Origin: Octopus vulgaris
Lineage: Eukaryota
Assembly (NCBI GenBank): GCA_951406725.2
Contig: OX597838.1
Coordinates: 37,014,001 to 37,078,000, forward strand
DNA: 64,000 nucleotides
Direction: 5' to 3'
A program made the translations under genes and the position numbers. Below, piece by piece: positions 8,861-21,699 of this stretch. Below the pieces are notes generated by a model, which worked only from the letters and a program-made list of their open reading frames with translations, made no database searches and was not told the origin of the DNA. The number at the start of each line of letters is the position of its first letter. Within the stretch, counting starts at the first letter, position 1.

Positions 8861-11800
8861 GTAAGTACACCACCATCAAATCGCCAGAGGGAAAGTTCAC
8901 CATCATCATTTCAGTTTCTTTTTTCAGAAAAATAGTTTTTAGCTATGAATCTTTTCCACTCTAGGCACAAGGCATGAAAATTCTGGGGAGGTGTGGGGGG
9001 GCGGGGGGGGCGGGGGGGGGCAGTCGATTAGATCGACCCCAGTGCACAACTAGTACATTGACCCCCAAAAGGATGAAAAGCGGAATTTAAACTCAGAACG
9101 TAAAAACAGACGAAATACTGCTAACATTTCTGCCTGCTGCTGCTGTTTCTTCTTCTTCTTCTTCTTCTCCCCTCTCCTCCTCCTCCTCCTCCTCCTCCTC
9201 ATTCAATCAGAACTCATGCCATTAGCCACAAAGAATAATCTCTAATTCGAGCCTACTCTAAGCTACTAAGAATGCGTGTGGCAACTTGAAGATCCACCCA
9301 CCACACATGTTAGACTGGCGGTTGCACGGGTGCGAAAGCTACATTGTTATCCTCCTTCTGTAAACAGTGGCTTTTAAATGGGTGGAGAGCTAAACCATCC
9401 TGGGGTACAGAGGATTCGCAATCTAGACTAGGGTCTGAAAGTTTACCACACCATAGTGGGTTACACCATGGTGCCTCTGCTTTGTGGCAGATGTAGGAAG
9501 AAAAAGTGAGAAGAAGTTGTGGTGAAAGAGTACAGCAGGGTTCACCCACCTCCTGCCAGAGCCTCATGGATCTTAGTTACCGAAGCTTCAATAGCAATTC
9601 AAAAGCAACAAGACCTGAGAGAGGGAAAGACAGCCTTGGGTTGAGAACAAGGGAGAAATGTCATTCACAGCCTATGCTCATTAGGATACGAATGATGAAG
9701 GGCTTAAGCCAGCCATGTGCCATCAGTAATTACTCAGGGTAGACAGTTGGGGACATTTATGTCGTAAAACTCACAAAGAAATAAGCAAAACACAGACGTG
9801 TGACTGAGTTGGAGGCAGAATTACTTCTGCCTTTATAGCATGTAAAGAAAACTTTGTTGTAGGAATGTACGCAGCATGTGTGCTACAGCAGTTCTATGCA
9901 TGGCTTTGATACTGAGATTGACAGGTAGGGGCAAATTATGCCTAGGTAATTTCCAAAAAAAAAATATTTTGTATTTTATACATAGTAATCATAGTAACCT
10001 TTATAATTTTATTGAATTAGGAACATATTTTGCCATAAAAGGAAAATATTACTATCAGTCTATTTTATTCAGGGTAGACACTGCTTACCTTGCCTACCCA
10101 GGTGGCACGTCCGTGGCTTAAGTAGTAGTAATGGTGAGTAGACTACACCTGTAATTCAAATGTGGTTCCCTTCTGTCTACCCAGTTTTACTCACATGAAT
10201 TGGATCATTATTTTACGTCAGATATTATGGGTATGTTAAAAAAATTAGGATGATCTTTATAGGAATGTCTGTCAGCACAGGTTTGCTAGACCTGAGTTTA
10301 GCTGGATAAAGCAAAGACAAATGTAGATACTTGCAGCAGTACTGTATTAAATACTTGCAGTATATTTGTGTGTGTGTGTGTTTTTGTGTGCGTGTGTGTG
10401 CTTGTGTTTGTGTGTGTGTATGTAGGGTAGGCATATTTAATGGCAGTGTCAGGCAAAAAAAAAGAAAGGAGGTTGATCCGTGTTGGTCGGGAGAGATTGA
10501 CAAAATATATATGGTTGCTGTTCAATTGGAATAAATGTTCCGTTAATCAACATGCATCTTCCACCAAAACAAGCCGGCGGATAAAGACAGAAATAGGAGT
10601 CTTCCAGAAGGAAAGTTGATATTCTTTAAATATTCTGGAAGTGGGGGAAATGGTAAAGATTGAATAGAGTGAGACTATGCCCCTTTGGGAAAGATAATGT
10701 CTCTGACAATTACAGGTGAGCTGGAAACAATGCCTGTATTTTAACCATTTCTAACTGGTCTTTATATTTAAATGAAGATTTATTTCGAGGGGGTCTTTTG
10801 TGAAAATACCTTGTAAAAAGTGATTGTTTCTTTTTTGCTATTGACTAAAGAATTGCTTGGAGGGAATTCATCAAAAAATTTGAACTAATTCCATGCTAAA
10901 TATTTTCGACAACAGGCATCTTTCATTGCTCACAAAACGGTTGGCTTATTGGAATTCTTCTTCTCCTGTAATGTTGGTCGATTTTCTCAAGGCACACAAA
11001 AACTAGATAAAAAAAAATCTGCCACTGAAGCAAACAATAAAACTGTAAGCAAACTGTCAATTCCAACACTATAACTCAATCCGAGAAAACATTAGAATAT
11101 ATGGTAACGGTATACGGAAGGTGTGTGTGTTGCTAAAATGAACTATGGAAGGCCAAACTGACATGACAGATTGGTTTTCCGTACATCGCGTGGATAAAAT
11201 CCTGTAGCTGAGAAGGAAAACACACTGGCTTCGAAGAAAAACTATAGGTGTGTTTCTTGTTTAAACATTATATACAAGCTGTTTGTACAGGAATCCGTTT
11301 GAAACCGATTGCTGTAAGACAAATGCGAGTTCAACGAGATTGTGAGTGATGAGTAAGCAGGTGGAAAGAAGTCTTTGAACAATAAATCACTGAATGAAAT
11401 TACTCCAAGTCGACATCAGCATGAGAAAAACAACAACAACGGCTTCAGCTAGAATCTGCATATTTCACTGAATAAGAACTGAAAACCTCATTATTAGTGA
11501 TAGTGAAATGTGCTAATTATTTCACCAACTCATTTGCAGTAATGCGCACCTGCTTTGTGGCTATCTAAGTAAATGCACAATTACTACGGAGAGGTATTAC
11601 CCCTCAGCCTATCACCATCGTTTTAACATCTTATTTTTCCATGATTGCATGGGTCAGAGGGCATTTGTTGTGGAGGGGGGGGGTGTTTTTCTGTGGCTGA
11701 ATGCCCTTCCTCTCAGCAACCCTCAACTGTTTCTGTGTAAGCTGATCTTTCCCCATGACCGGACATTTTTTCATGGAAGATTGGAAACAAAGGGCACTGG

Positions 11801-12507
11801 TACCCTTGATATGACTGGTACCCTTTTTTATCATATGATGCCATGATAAGGAGACAGTAACACACACACACATATACATGCTTAAATATTTATATATTTT
11901 ATCCCCATGTATATATGTATATCACCAACAGTATCATCATCATCATTTAACATCCCCCCTTCTTTCTGGCATGGGTTTGACAGTTTGACAGGAGCTGGCC
12001 AGGCAGAAACCTGCACCAGACTTCTGTATTTGATTTGGCAGAGTTTTTACGGCTGGATGCCCTTCCTAATACCAACCAGCCCACGGAGTACTCGCACAGG
12101 TGAAGTCAGTTTTGACGTGGTTTTAACCACTGGACACCCTTCCAAATGCCAACCACTTAAGTGTAGACTGGGTGCTTTTTAAGTGGCACCTGCACTGGCA
12201 GGGTAACAAAGTAACTTCGCAAGACAAAGAGTCTTTGAGAGGGGAGGCGGCATCTTGTGTCAGATGATGAAGGGTTAGAGTGTGATAGGGAGACAGAAAC
12301 TGGTGTCTTCCTGTAGAAGAAGTCCAGGGTTACCCAGGGAAAGGCAATGTCAGTATCATTTCTACAGCTAAGTTAACTGGAGCAACGTGTAATAAAGTAT
12401 CTTGCTCAAGAACACAACATGCAGCCCAGTCCAGGAATCGAACTCATAACCTCACAATCGTACGCACAACACTCTAACCACTGAGCCACACACCTTCAAT
12501 TGTATAT

Positions 12508-12742
12508 ATATTTCTTTACTACCTGCAAGGGGCTAAACATAGAGGGGACAAACAAGGACAGACAAACAGATTAAGTCGATTACATCAACCCCAGTGCGAA
12601 GCTGGTACTTTATTTATTGACCCCGAAAGGATGAAAGGCAAAGTCGACCTCGGCAGAATTTGAACTCAGAATGTAACGGCAGATGAAATACAACTATGCA
12701 TTTCGCCCGGCGTGCTAATGTTTCTGCCAGCTCGCCACCCTT
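12508..12742 (-). mobile_element. tRNA-derived SINE family B; central domain resembles the Meta-SINE domain
   Basis: Reverse complement: ggcgagctggcagaaacattagc...ctgagttcaaattctgccgaggtcgactttgcctttcatcctttcggggtcaataaataaagtaccag; superfamily assignment is from memory, not verified. Confidence 0.75.
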
Positions 12743-12758
12743 CAATTGTATTTATATA

Positions 12759-13004
12759 GGCACAGGAGTGGCCGTGTGGTAAGTAGCTTCCTTACCAACC
12801 ACATGGTTCCGAGTTCAGTCCCACTGCGTGGCACCTTGACAACCGATGCTGGTGTGTTTACATCCCCGTAACCTAGTGGTTCAGCAAAGAGACTGATAGA
12901 ATAAGTAGTAGGGTTCCAAAGAATAAGTCCTGAGGTTGATTTGTGCAACTAAAGGTGGTGCTCCAGCATGGCCACAGTCAGATGACTGAAACAAGTAAAA
13001 GAGT
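12759..13004 (+). mobile_element. SINE family A, internally deleted
   Basis: Head fused directly to the 3' half at ccttgacaaccgatgc. Confidence 0.8.
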
Positions 13005-13021
13005 ATATATATATATAAATA

Positions 13022-13399
13022 CTAGCAGTATCGCCCGGTGTTGCTCGGGTTTGTTTCGACCCTCTGGAATTGGAATTTTTGAAACATAAAAATTTTGCAT
13101 TATGTAGCTTGTTATTCTCTTCAAGTGAACATTTTCCTGGTTGAAATACACCGAAAAGTGGCGACAAAGCAGTGAAAAAATCGTAAAAATAGGGATTTTC
13201 ATAGAAAAAAGCACCTTTTTGATGTAAATAATTTTTGGTGTTAACATGGTCCGATTTCTACGGAAGGAAGAGCAACCCTTCTTCTATCATACTCTCAAGT
13301 TTGGTCAACTTGCGCCGCAGGGTCTCGGAGGAGACAGTGTTAGTTGAAGGTTACCAAACCTGGCGCACACAGACAACTTCAGCTTTACATAGAGAGAGA
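13022..13399 (-). mobile_element. Non-autonomous Helitron
   Basis: On the minus strand: 5' TC start, 3' hairpin cccgagcaacaccggg, then CTAG followed by T; other copies at 20322-20678 and 59837-60222. Confidence 0.85.
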
Positions 13400-13544
13400 T
13401 AACACACACACACACACACACATGTATGTATGCATATACGTACATCTGTCCACTTCTTGCCATATTTTTATCGTTCACTTCCTACACACACACACTCACA
13501 GACACACACACACCTTCTTAGCTTACAATTTCTTTCTTTCAACA

Positions 13545-14085
13545 ATTGACAACTGAAGTACGCTCGCAAATTAATACTACGAAAACTTAGCGACGAGTAA
13601 AGCATTTGAAATGAGAGAGGGAAATCGTAAAATATTGAGTTTTCTTGAATTTTTACTTAATTGGGGGTGAAATTGAAAGAAATTTATATGCCATGACCCA
13701 ATGGAATGTACTTCGAAAAATCATAGGTAAATTCCAATTGAAGAAATTGTGTGAGGAATAAATCGTTATGTATTTATTTGTTTCTGTTTCCTGTGTATTT
13801 TTTTGAGTAGTGGTTGAAGGTACACTTTCAAAGAGAAAGTAGGAGAAAGTGTGGTAATAGTCGGAGTGAAGCAGTTGAAATGAGAGAGGCAAATCGTAAA
13901 ATATTTAGTTTTCTCGAATTTTTGCTTAATTGGGGGTCAAATTGAAAAACATTTATATGCCATGACCCAATCAAATCTACTTCGAAAAATCATAGGTAAA
14001 TTCCAATTGAAGAAACTCTATATTGTAGAATTGTATTAAAAAGAAACATAGTCACAGGCAGAGAAAATCTGCCTTTTATCATAAG
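13545..14085 (-). mobile_element. Probable Helitron 5' fragment with an internal tandem duplication of about 270 bp
   Basis: Minus strand starts tcttatgataaaaggcagattttc; block ttgaaatgagagagg...ttccaattgaagaaa repeated at about 13605 and 13875. Confidence 0.5.
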
Positions 14086-14403
14086 ATATATATATATATA
14101 TATGTATACACACGTGATGGTGGTGATTTCCTATTGTATGATGAGATGATGGTTCAGTTTTCTGACCAACTGAATTACCTGCTTCTTAATTTCCATGCAA
14201 CATGTAAGAGGCCAAGAATTCTGCACATGCATGCACCCTTATGTTATCCTCAGAACGTGTATTTATGTTTTCACATATATGCGTAGGCAAAGTGCCTGTA
14301 TGTATAAATGTATATATGTGTATGCACACATACACACACACACACACGTGCACACACACATATTTGCATGTGTGTGTACATGCATATATATATATATATA
14401 TAT

Positions 14404-14672
14404 ATAATATAATATAATTCGAGACAACTATTTTAAAACCAAACAAGGAAAGACTTAATCAATACATAAAATTTTAATATAAATATTTATTTTATTTATT
14501 TTATTTAATTTATATTAAAATTTTATGTATTGATTAAGTCTTTCCTTGTTTGGTTTTAAAATAGTGGTTTTGTCTCGAATTATATTATATAATATTTTAC
14601 TATAAAATTGGATTTAACCCTAAATCTGATTTTTCCCTGTAATTTTGGATTCATTCCCTAATATTTATTATT
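14404..14672. repeat. Near-perfect AT-rich palindrome (about 85-bp arms) with a longer right arm
   Basis: ataattcgagacaactattttaaaaccaaacaaggaaagacttaatcaatacataaaatttta is mirrored across about 14495. Confidence 0.85.
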
Positions 14673-14783
14673 ATATATATATATATATATATATATGTAG
14701 GTCCTGGGTTGAGTCGGGGTTAACCACAGTAAATAAGGTACTCAATACATAGCAGAGTAAATTAATTTATTTTATAGAAGGAG

Positions 14784-14829
14784 CTTCTACAGGACTAGAA
14801 CTGTTTCATTCAAAAGAAATCATCAGGAA
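14784..14829 (-). ncRNA. Type I hammerhead motif in a PLE-like fragment (14696-14830)
   Basis: Reverse complement: ttc-CTGATGA-tttc-tttt-gaat-GAAACAG-ttctagtc-CTGTA-gaag; stem III ACAG/CUGU, GUA triplet, stem I cut short by (TA)n. Confidence 0.65.
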
Positions 14830-15029
14830 TATATATAATGCGTATACACAAATCTACCCACAGACGTGTGCCTGCCTGCATGTGCCTGAATATACATCCA
14901 TGCATTGTTCTCTCTAATGTATTCAATGTCTAATATTGGTTTTCCATGTTTCCGAATGCCATCTGCCAGATTAAAGGAATTTCACAAAGAACAACCAATT
15001 GCAAAATTTCTGTTAATTTCTTCATTAGA

Positions 15030-15780
15030 TTTATGATGACGATGACAATGATGATAGTTGCGACATTGACAACAATGACGGCAACGGTCATAGTAATGGC
15101 AGTAGTAGTAGTAGTATTAGTAGTTATAGTAATGGTGTTGGTGGTAGTAGTAGTAATGGTGGTAGTAGTGGTGGTGGTGGTAGTAGTAGTAGTAATGGTG
15201 TTGGTGGTGGTAGTAGTAGTAGTAGTAATGGTGGTGGTAGTAGTAGTAATGGTGGTAGTGTGGTGGTGGTGGTGGTAGTAGTGGAGGTGGTGGTGATGGT
15301 GTTGTGGACAATAATGTTGGTGACAGTGATACTAATGGCAGTTGTAGTAGTAGTAGTAGTAGTGGTAGTAGTAGTGGTTGTAGTGGTGGTAGTAGTGGAC
15401 AATAATGATGATGATGATGATGACCTTGATGATGATGATGATGATGGTAGTGTTGCTTGTGGTGATGTGGACGTAGCATGGTGATGGTGAAACTTTAGTA
15501 TTGGCACCGCTGTGTGGCATTGGTGATACTCTTGGTGGTGGTGGTGTTGGTGATGGTTGTGATGGTGGTGGCAGTGAATATGATTGGTTGTTTGGTGGCT
15601 ATGGTGATAGTTGTGTTGTTGCTTTTAGTGGTGGTGTTGGTTGTGGTGGTGGTGGTGCTGCTGGTGATGGTGCAGATAGTAATGAACATCTTTGCTGGTG
15701 GTATGTCTGGTGCTTAAGAGCAGTAATGGTTGTCGATGGTGACGGATGGTGGTTTGTGTTGAGTGTTACGGATGGTTGGT
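15030..15780. repeat. Cryptic (GGT/AGT/GAT)n trinucleotide tract
   Basis: Direct reading; source of the poly-V/T/H/G ORFs. Confidence 0.9.
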
Positions 15781-16352
15781 CATAGTTTCATTTATATGAT
15801 ATTTTCCGGCATACAAGTAAAATTTTTCAAACACTAAATTTACAGCCAAAGGAAAGCAGATTGACTTTTACACCAAGACGACTTCGGAGGACGAAAAATT
15901 CCATGTAAAATGCAGCAGAATTAGGAAAGATAGGGACAATGTATATATATATATATATATATATACACATGCCAGCTTAATTTAATTTGTCCTTAGTCGA
16001 AAGACACCTGTTGTTATGTCCTGTTATTATTTTTATTGTATTTGTTTAATGTCCGTTTTTTTCCGTACTTGTTTTTGTATACATTCGCTGCTCTCTTCCA
16101 AGGAATCTAATGCTCTTAGCTTAGTTTTTCCTTGGGGCTGGCCAGATTGGAGCAATCTCAAGTATAATCAGCCAAAATTGTGAAGATAATCTGGTGCTTG
16201 ACTGAGGAAAGAAAACATCAAATGACCCTTCCTTGTTTTCTTTGTATTGTCTGCCTGGATGTTTTGTTGTCCTATTTTTGTATCACCTAACTATCCAGAT
16301 GTTTTGCATCTTGTCCCATTTTGTATTTTATATATATATATATATATATACA

Positions 16353-16775
16353 TATCATCATCATCATTTAGCATCCGCTTTCCATGCTAGCATGGGTTGG
16401 ACGGTTCAACTGGGGTCTGGGATGCCAGAAGGCTGCATCAGGCCCAGTCTGATCTGGCAGTGTTTCTACGGCTGGATGCCCTTCTTAACGCCAACCACTC
16501 CGTGAGTGTAGTGGGTGCTTTTTACATGCCACCCGCTCAGGTGCCAGATGGGGCTGGCAAACGGCCACGAACGGATGGTGCTTTTTACGTGCCACCAGCA
16601 CAGAGGCCAGTCGGGGCGGCGCTGGCAACGGCCACGATCGGACGGTTCGCTTACTTGTCACCGGCACTGGTATCACAGCTGCAATTTCCATTGATATTGA
16701 TCGATTTCGATTTTGGTTCTGCTTTCTGATATCTGATTTGATTTGATTTTGATTTTGATTTTGATTTTGATTTAT
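16353..16775 (-). mobile_element. Retroposon family C
   Basis: catcatcatttagcatccgctttccatgctagcatgggttggacgg...ggatgcccttcttaacgccaaccactcc. Confidence 0.8.
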
Positions 16776-16840
16776 ATATATTTTGATTTATATATATATA
16801 TATATATGCACACATGCCGAGAGAGAGAGATACATACATA

Positions 16841-17230
16841 CAGGGTGTGGTGAATATATTGTCATCTAAGTTATGCAAAAATGAAAGTAACACTGACATC
16901 TCATCACATGCCGAGAGAGAGAGATACATACATACAGGGTGTGGTGAATATATTGTCATCTAAGTTATGCAAAAATGAAAGTAACACTGACATCTCATTT
17001 TAACAGATATATTTACCAAAATTACATAAAAATATCTGGAAATACTAAAGAGTAAATTTATTCAATAAAATCACCGTTCGCTTCAACCATGGCCTCCAGG
17101 TGACTTTGGAATCTCCTGCAACTCTTCTGGATGGTCTCCTTGTTTAAGATGGTGAATGCTGCCATAATCCTTGCCTTCAGTTCATCTTTGGTATTACAAG
17201 GAGTTTTCTTGGTCTCTTGCTCAACTGGTG
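16841..17230 (-). mobile_element. maT/DD37D-like transposon fragment (same family as 912-1760) with a duplicated end
   Basis: TA-cagggtgtggtgaatatattgtcatc present twice (about 93-bp tandem); KTPCNTKDELKARIMAAF...LEAMVEANGDFIE. Confidence 0.8.
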
Positions 17231-17997
17231 ATGCTATACCTCCACTCATCAGTTTGTTAAAAGAGACTGATAAAATAATTACTAGGCTTATAAAGTGTAA
17301 GTCATGGGGTTTATTTCTTCAATTAAAAAACCCTTTAAGGAAGTGCTCCAGCATGGCCGCAGTCTGATGACTTAAACAAGTAAAAGAATAAGAGAATACA
17401 TATATATATGTGTGTGTGTGTGTGTACGTGTGTGGTGGGGTATGTGTGTGTGTATGTGTTTATATGCATATGTTTGTGTGTTTGTCACCTCTTCCACTGC
17501 TTGACAACCAGTGTTGGTTTGTTTACATCGCTGTATCTTAATGGTTCGGCAAAAGAGACACATAGAATAAGTACCTGATTGAAAAAATAAGTTCTGGGGT
17601 CAATTTGTTCAACTAAAACCTTTAAGTGCAGCACTCCAGTATGGCCAGATGCAGTCCAATAAATGAAACAAGTAAAAGACAAAAAAATAAATTGAAATAA
17701 AAATCAGAAAGATAAGACTTCCAAATACAGATTATCATTTTTCAATAATCGTAATCTCTCAACAGAATATCTTTATGAGATTTACAGATTGGATTTCATT
17801 TCTCAAATATTTAAAGAAGATCTAAGAACATTCGGTATTTCCCAACCTAAATCTTTAAATATTTACTGTTCTGAGAATCCTTCACAATTCTGTATTTATT
17901 TTACTTTCTCTGATATTGAAAAGAAATCATTATCATTATAATAATATAAATAATAATAATAATAATAATAATAATGATAATAATAATAATAATAATA

Positions 17998-18554
17998 AAT
18001 GCCCTGATGCAGTACCAGGCAATGGCTCTCGTGGCTTCTGATCTCAACTGATTGGAAGTGTTATCATGTACATTGTTCTGTCTTGGTATAAAAGATGGGC
18101 TACAGCAAATATTCTGCTCAATACCACAGATTTGCTTGTCAGTTGTTTGACCTTAACCAGTTGAGCATGTCCCTTAGTGGCTGACGATATGTGAATCTCT
18201 GATCACGAGCAGAAGTAGTGGGGGAGCATCATAGCCATGTGTTGAGACGGATTCTTTGGGGTTTGAATAATTCACCTCTGGAGACATGGGTAGGTTTTTC
18301 AACATCCTTAAACAACCCTTATTCAGGGACCGTTTGAGCGGGATGGGCTACTCAACCTGAAGAAAATTCTAAATGGGCCCCACCTGCAAGGTCATGTGCA
18401 GTTTATCTTGATATGAGATCACCATGCCGCGCACATATGGTTGTGATGCATGTGCCTGGTGTGCCCTTATCAGACGGGTAGTCATGATGGGTATATTGGG
18501 CTTCGTATATTTTACCCCAGTGTCACTTTGATGGCATGAACTGCTCTCTCACTC

Positions 18555-18601
<47 letters not shown>

Positions 18602-19333
18602 TAATAAATGCCCTGATGCAGTACCAGGCAATGCCTCTCGTGGCTTCTGATCTTAACTGATTGAAAGTGTTATCATGTACATTGTTTTGTCTTGGTATAA
18701 AAGATGGGCTACAGCAAATATTCTGCTCAATACCACAGATTTGCTTGTCAGTTGTTTGACCTTAACCAGTTGAACATGTCCCTTAGTGGCTGACGATATG
18801 TGCATCTCTGATCACGAGCAGAAATAGTGGGGGAGCATCATAGCCATGTGTTGAGAGGAATTCTTTGGGGTTTGAATAATGTACCTCTGGAATCATGGGT
18901 GTTTCGTTTAACATCCCTAATCAACCCTTATTCGGGGACCTTTTGAGTGGGATGGGCTTCTCGACCTGAAGAAAATTCTAACTGGGCCCCACCTGCAAGG
19001 TCATGTGCTGTTTATCTTGATATGAGATCACCATGTTATGCACATATGGTTGTGATGCATATGCCCCGTGTACCCTTATCAGATAGGTAGTCATCCTTTT
19101 GGGGTCAATAACTTAAGTACCAGTTGTGTACTGGGGTTAATGTAATTGACTTAATCCGTTTATCTGTCGTTGTTTGTCCCCTCTATGTTTAGCCCCTTGT
19201 GGGCAATAAATAAATAAGAATGGTTAGCATGCCAGGCAAAATGCTAAGCAGTATTTCATATGTAATGGGTATAATGGGCTTCGTATATTTTACGCCAGTG
19301 TCACTTTGATGGCATGCACTGCTCTGTCAGTCA
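17998..19333. mobile_element. Two tandem copies of an (AAT)n-bounded element of about 555 bp
   Basis: Unit aatgccctgatgcagtaccaggca...ctgctctctcactc at 17998-18555 and 18607-19333; the second copy is interrupted at about 19095-19262; no ORF. Confidence 0.85.
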
Positions 19334-19444
19334 ATAATAATAATAACAGTAAAAATAATAATAATAATAGTAATAATTATAATTATTATTATTATTTTTA
19401 TTTTTATTATTATTATTATTATTTTTATTATTATTATTATTATT

Positions 19445-19840
19445 GTTGCCTTTGCACAGCTTCTAATGCTGAAGATGTACTACTACAATGTCAGCTGTTC
19501 ACAACCAGTGAACTAAAGAAACACCTCTTATTTTTCGAGCACCTTCCGGAGTGTTCGAGCAGTTCCAAGCAGTGCTGTTTTCTGCAAGTGCTCCACCATT
19601 ATTGCAGCCCCTACTTATTCCACATATTTCTCGAGATTTTTGCTCACTGTTCCCGGGCCTCTGACAATTATTGGTACTACTGCTGCCCTTTTTTCATTGA
19701 CCACGACTGCTTACCTTCCCAAGCTAACCTTTTCTTCCTTCCTTATCACATACCTTGTTGTCAGCTGGGCATGCTATATCTATGATCCAGCACAGTTTGT
19801 TTTCTTTCTCAATTAAGACTATGTCCAGCTTCCTATGTCT
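19445..19840 (-). mobile_element. 3' end of an RLE-type non-LTR retrotransposon, R4/Dong clade
   Basis: Minus-strand translation RKLDIVLIEKENKLCWIIDIACPAD...VVPIIVRGPGTVSKNLEKY...LQKTALLGTARTLRKVLEK*, short 3' UTR, then (AAT)n tail. Confidence 0.85.
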
Positions 19841-19918
19841 GCCATGTGCCTATGGCAAAAAGGATATTGAGTAATTCTCAGTTGTAGATTACCTCCATAG
19901 TTTTGTTTTATTTATCCC

Positions 19919-20316
19919 TAGTGGCTGTGTGGTAAGTAGCTTGCTAACCAACCACATGGTTCCGGGTTCAGTCCCACTGCGTGGCATCTTGGGCAAGTGT
20001 CTTCTGCTATAGCCTCAGGCTGACCAAAGCCTTGTGAGTGGATTTGGTAGGCGGAAACTGAAAGAAGCCTGTCGTATATATGTATATATATATATGTGTG
20101 TGTGTGTGTATATGTTTGTGTGTCTGTGTTTGTCCTCCTAGCATTGCTTGACAACTGATGCTGGTGTGTTTACGTCCCTGTCACTTAGCGGTTCGGCAAA
20201 AGAGACTGATAGAATAAGTACTGGGCTTACAAAGAATAAGTCCCGGGGTTGATTTGCTCGACTAAAGGCGGTGCTCCAGCATGGCTGCAGTCAAATGACT
20301 GAAACAAGTAAAAGAG
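19919..20316 (+). mobile_element. SINE family A
   Basis: Matches other family A copies along its length. Confidence 0.85.
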
Positions 20317-20321
20317 TATAT

Positions 20322-20678
20322 ATATATAAAGCTGAATTTGTCTAACACTATCTCCTCTGAGACCCTGTAGCACAAGTTGACCAACATTGAGCGTATGATA
20401 GAAGAAGGTTTGCTCTTCCTTCCGTAGAAGAAAAAATCAAAATCGGACCATGTTAGGACCAAAAATTATTTACATCAAAAAGGTGCCTTTTTTCCTATGA
20501 AAATCCCTATTTTTAACGATTTTTTGACTGCTGTGTCGCCATTTTTTGGTGTATTTCAACCAGAAAAATGTTCACTTAAAGAGAATAACAAGCTACATAA
20601 AGCGAAATTTTTATTTTTCAAAAATTCCAATTCTAAAGGGTCGAAACAAACCCGAGCAATGCTGGGTGATACTACTAG
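20322..20678 (+). mobile_element. Non-autonomous Helitron
   Basis: Ends aaacccgagcaatgctgggtgatactaCTAG-t; homologous to 13022-13399. Confidence 0.85.
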
Positions 20679-20707
20679 TATCTAATATAATCAGCCATGC
20701 AAAACAG

Positions 20708-21120
20708 TGAGCCGGCAGAATGGGTAGCATGCCAAGCGAAATGTTTAACAGTATTTCATCTGCCATTACGTTCTGAGTTCAAATTCCATCAAGGTCAACT
20801 TTGTCTTTCTTCCTATCTGAGTCAATAACTTAAGTACCAGTTGTGTACTGGGGTCGATGTAATTGACTTAATCCGTTTTTGTCTGTCATTGTTTGTCCCC
20901 TCTATGTTTAGCCCCTCGTGGGCAATAAAGAAATAAGAATGGTTAGCATGCCAGGCAAAATGCTAAGCAGTATTTCTTATGTCTTTATGTTCTGAGATCA
21001 AATTCTACTGAGGTCGACTTTACCTTTTGTCCTTTTGGAGTCAGTGAAATGAGTACTAGTTGAGCACTAATCGACTTGCTCCCTACCCAAAATTGCTGGC
21101 CTTGTGCCAAAATTTGAAAC
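20708..21120 (+). mobile_element. SINE family B tandem dimer
   Basis: Two successive ttctgag.tcaaattc...ggtc.actttg/a cores. Confidence 0.7.
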
Positions 21121-21699
21121 TTATGTAATTGACTGTATTTGGGTTTGACTTTAAACTGCATCCAGTTGTGGGGCTCCGGTTTGGGAGTTCCAGACTTGTG
21201 AGGGTTGTGGAACCACCTCTTAGCAATTATGGACCCCAGATCTACTCTGAACTGGAGTAGAAGCACCTGTTGGAATTCTAGCTGTGGGTTAATTAGCATG
21301 TCATGCAATTGCTTCCTGAAGGTGATAACACTCATACACCCCAATGAACCCAGGGCAGAAGAGGTCCTTCACCTCTTTGGCTACCCCTTTAGGAGAAGGT
21401 AACTCCATACAGGTCCTATATCCTAATAACTGCAGCAAACCAGGACACCAGCACCCAGCTGTGCCTTGCTGAACCCTTTTTTGATGATGAGACAGTCTAC
21501 CCCAGTTGATCCCTAAACACCTGTTTCTTTTCTTTATTTCAGTATCTCTCGAGAATCCAGTGTGTCGTCAGGGTCTGCATCTCCACAGCACAGGTGTAAA
21601 AGAAAATCAAGGTAAGTCTCGATTACTTGATTTCTTTTCGCTCTTCTCCTTTTTGACTCCACTCTTTCTTCTTTTTCTTTATTTTCTCTGTTTGAACTC

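Noticed and set aside
10560-11550. Possible decayed LINE RT or host exons
   Set aside because: Only faint resemblances and no continuous motif or ORF; needs an HMM search
18357-18400. CTGAAGA in the AAT-bounded element
   Set aside because: No stem II-GAAA-stem III arrangement downstream
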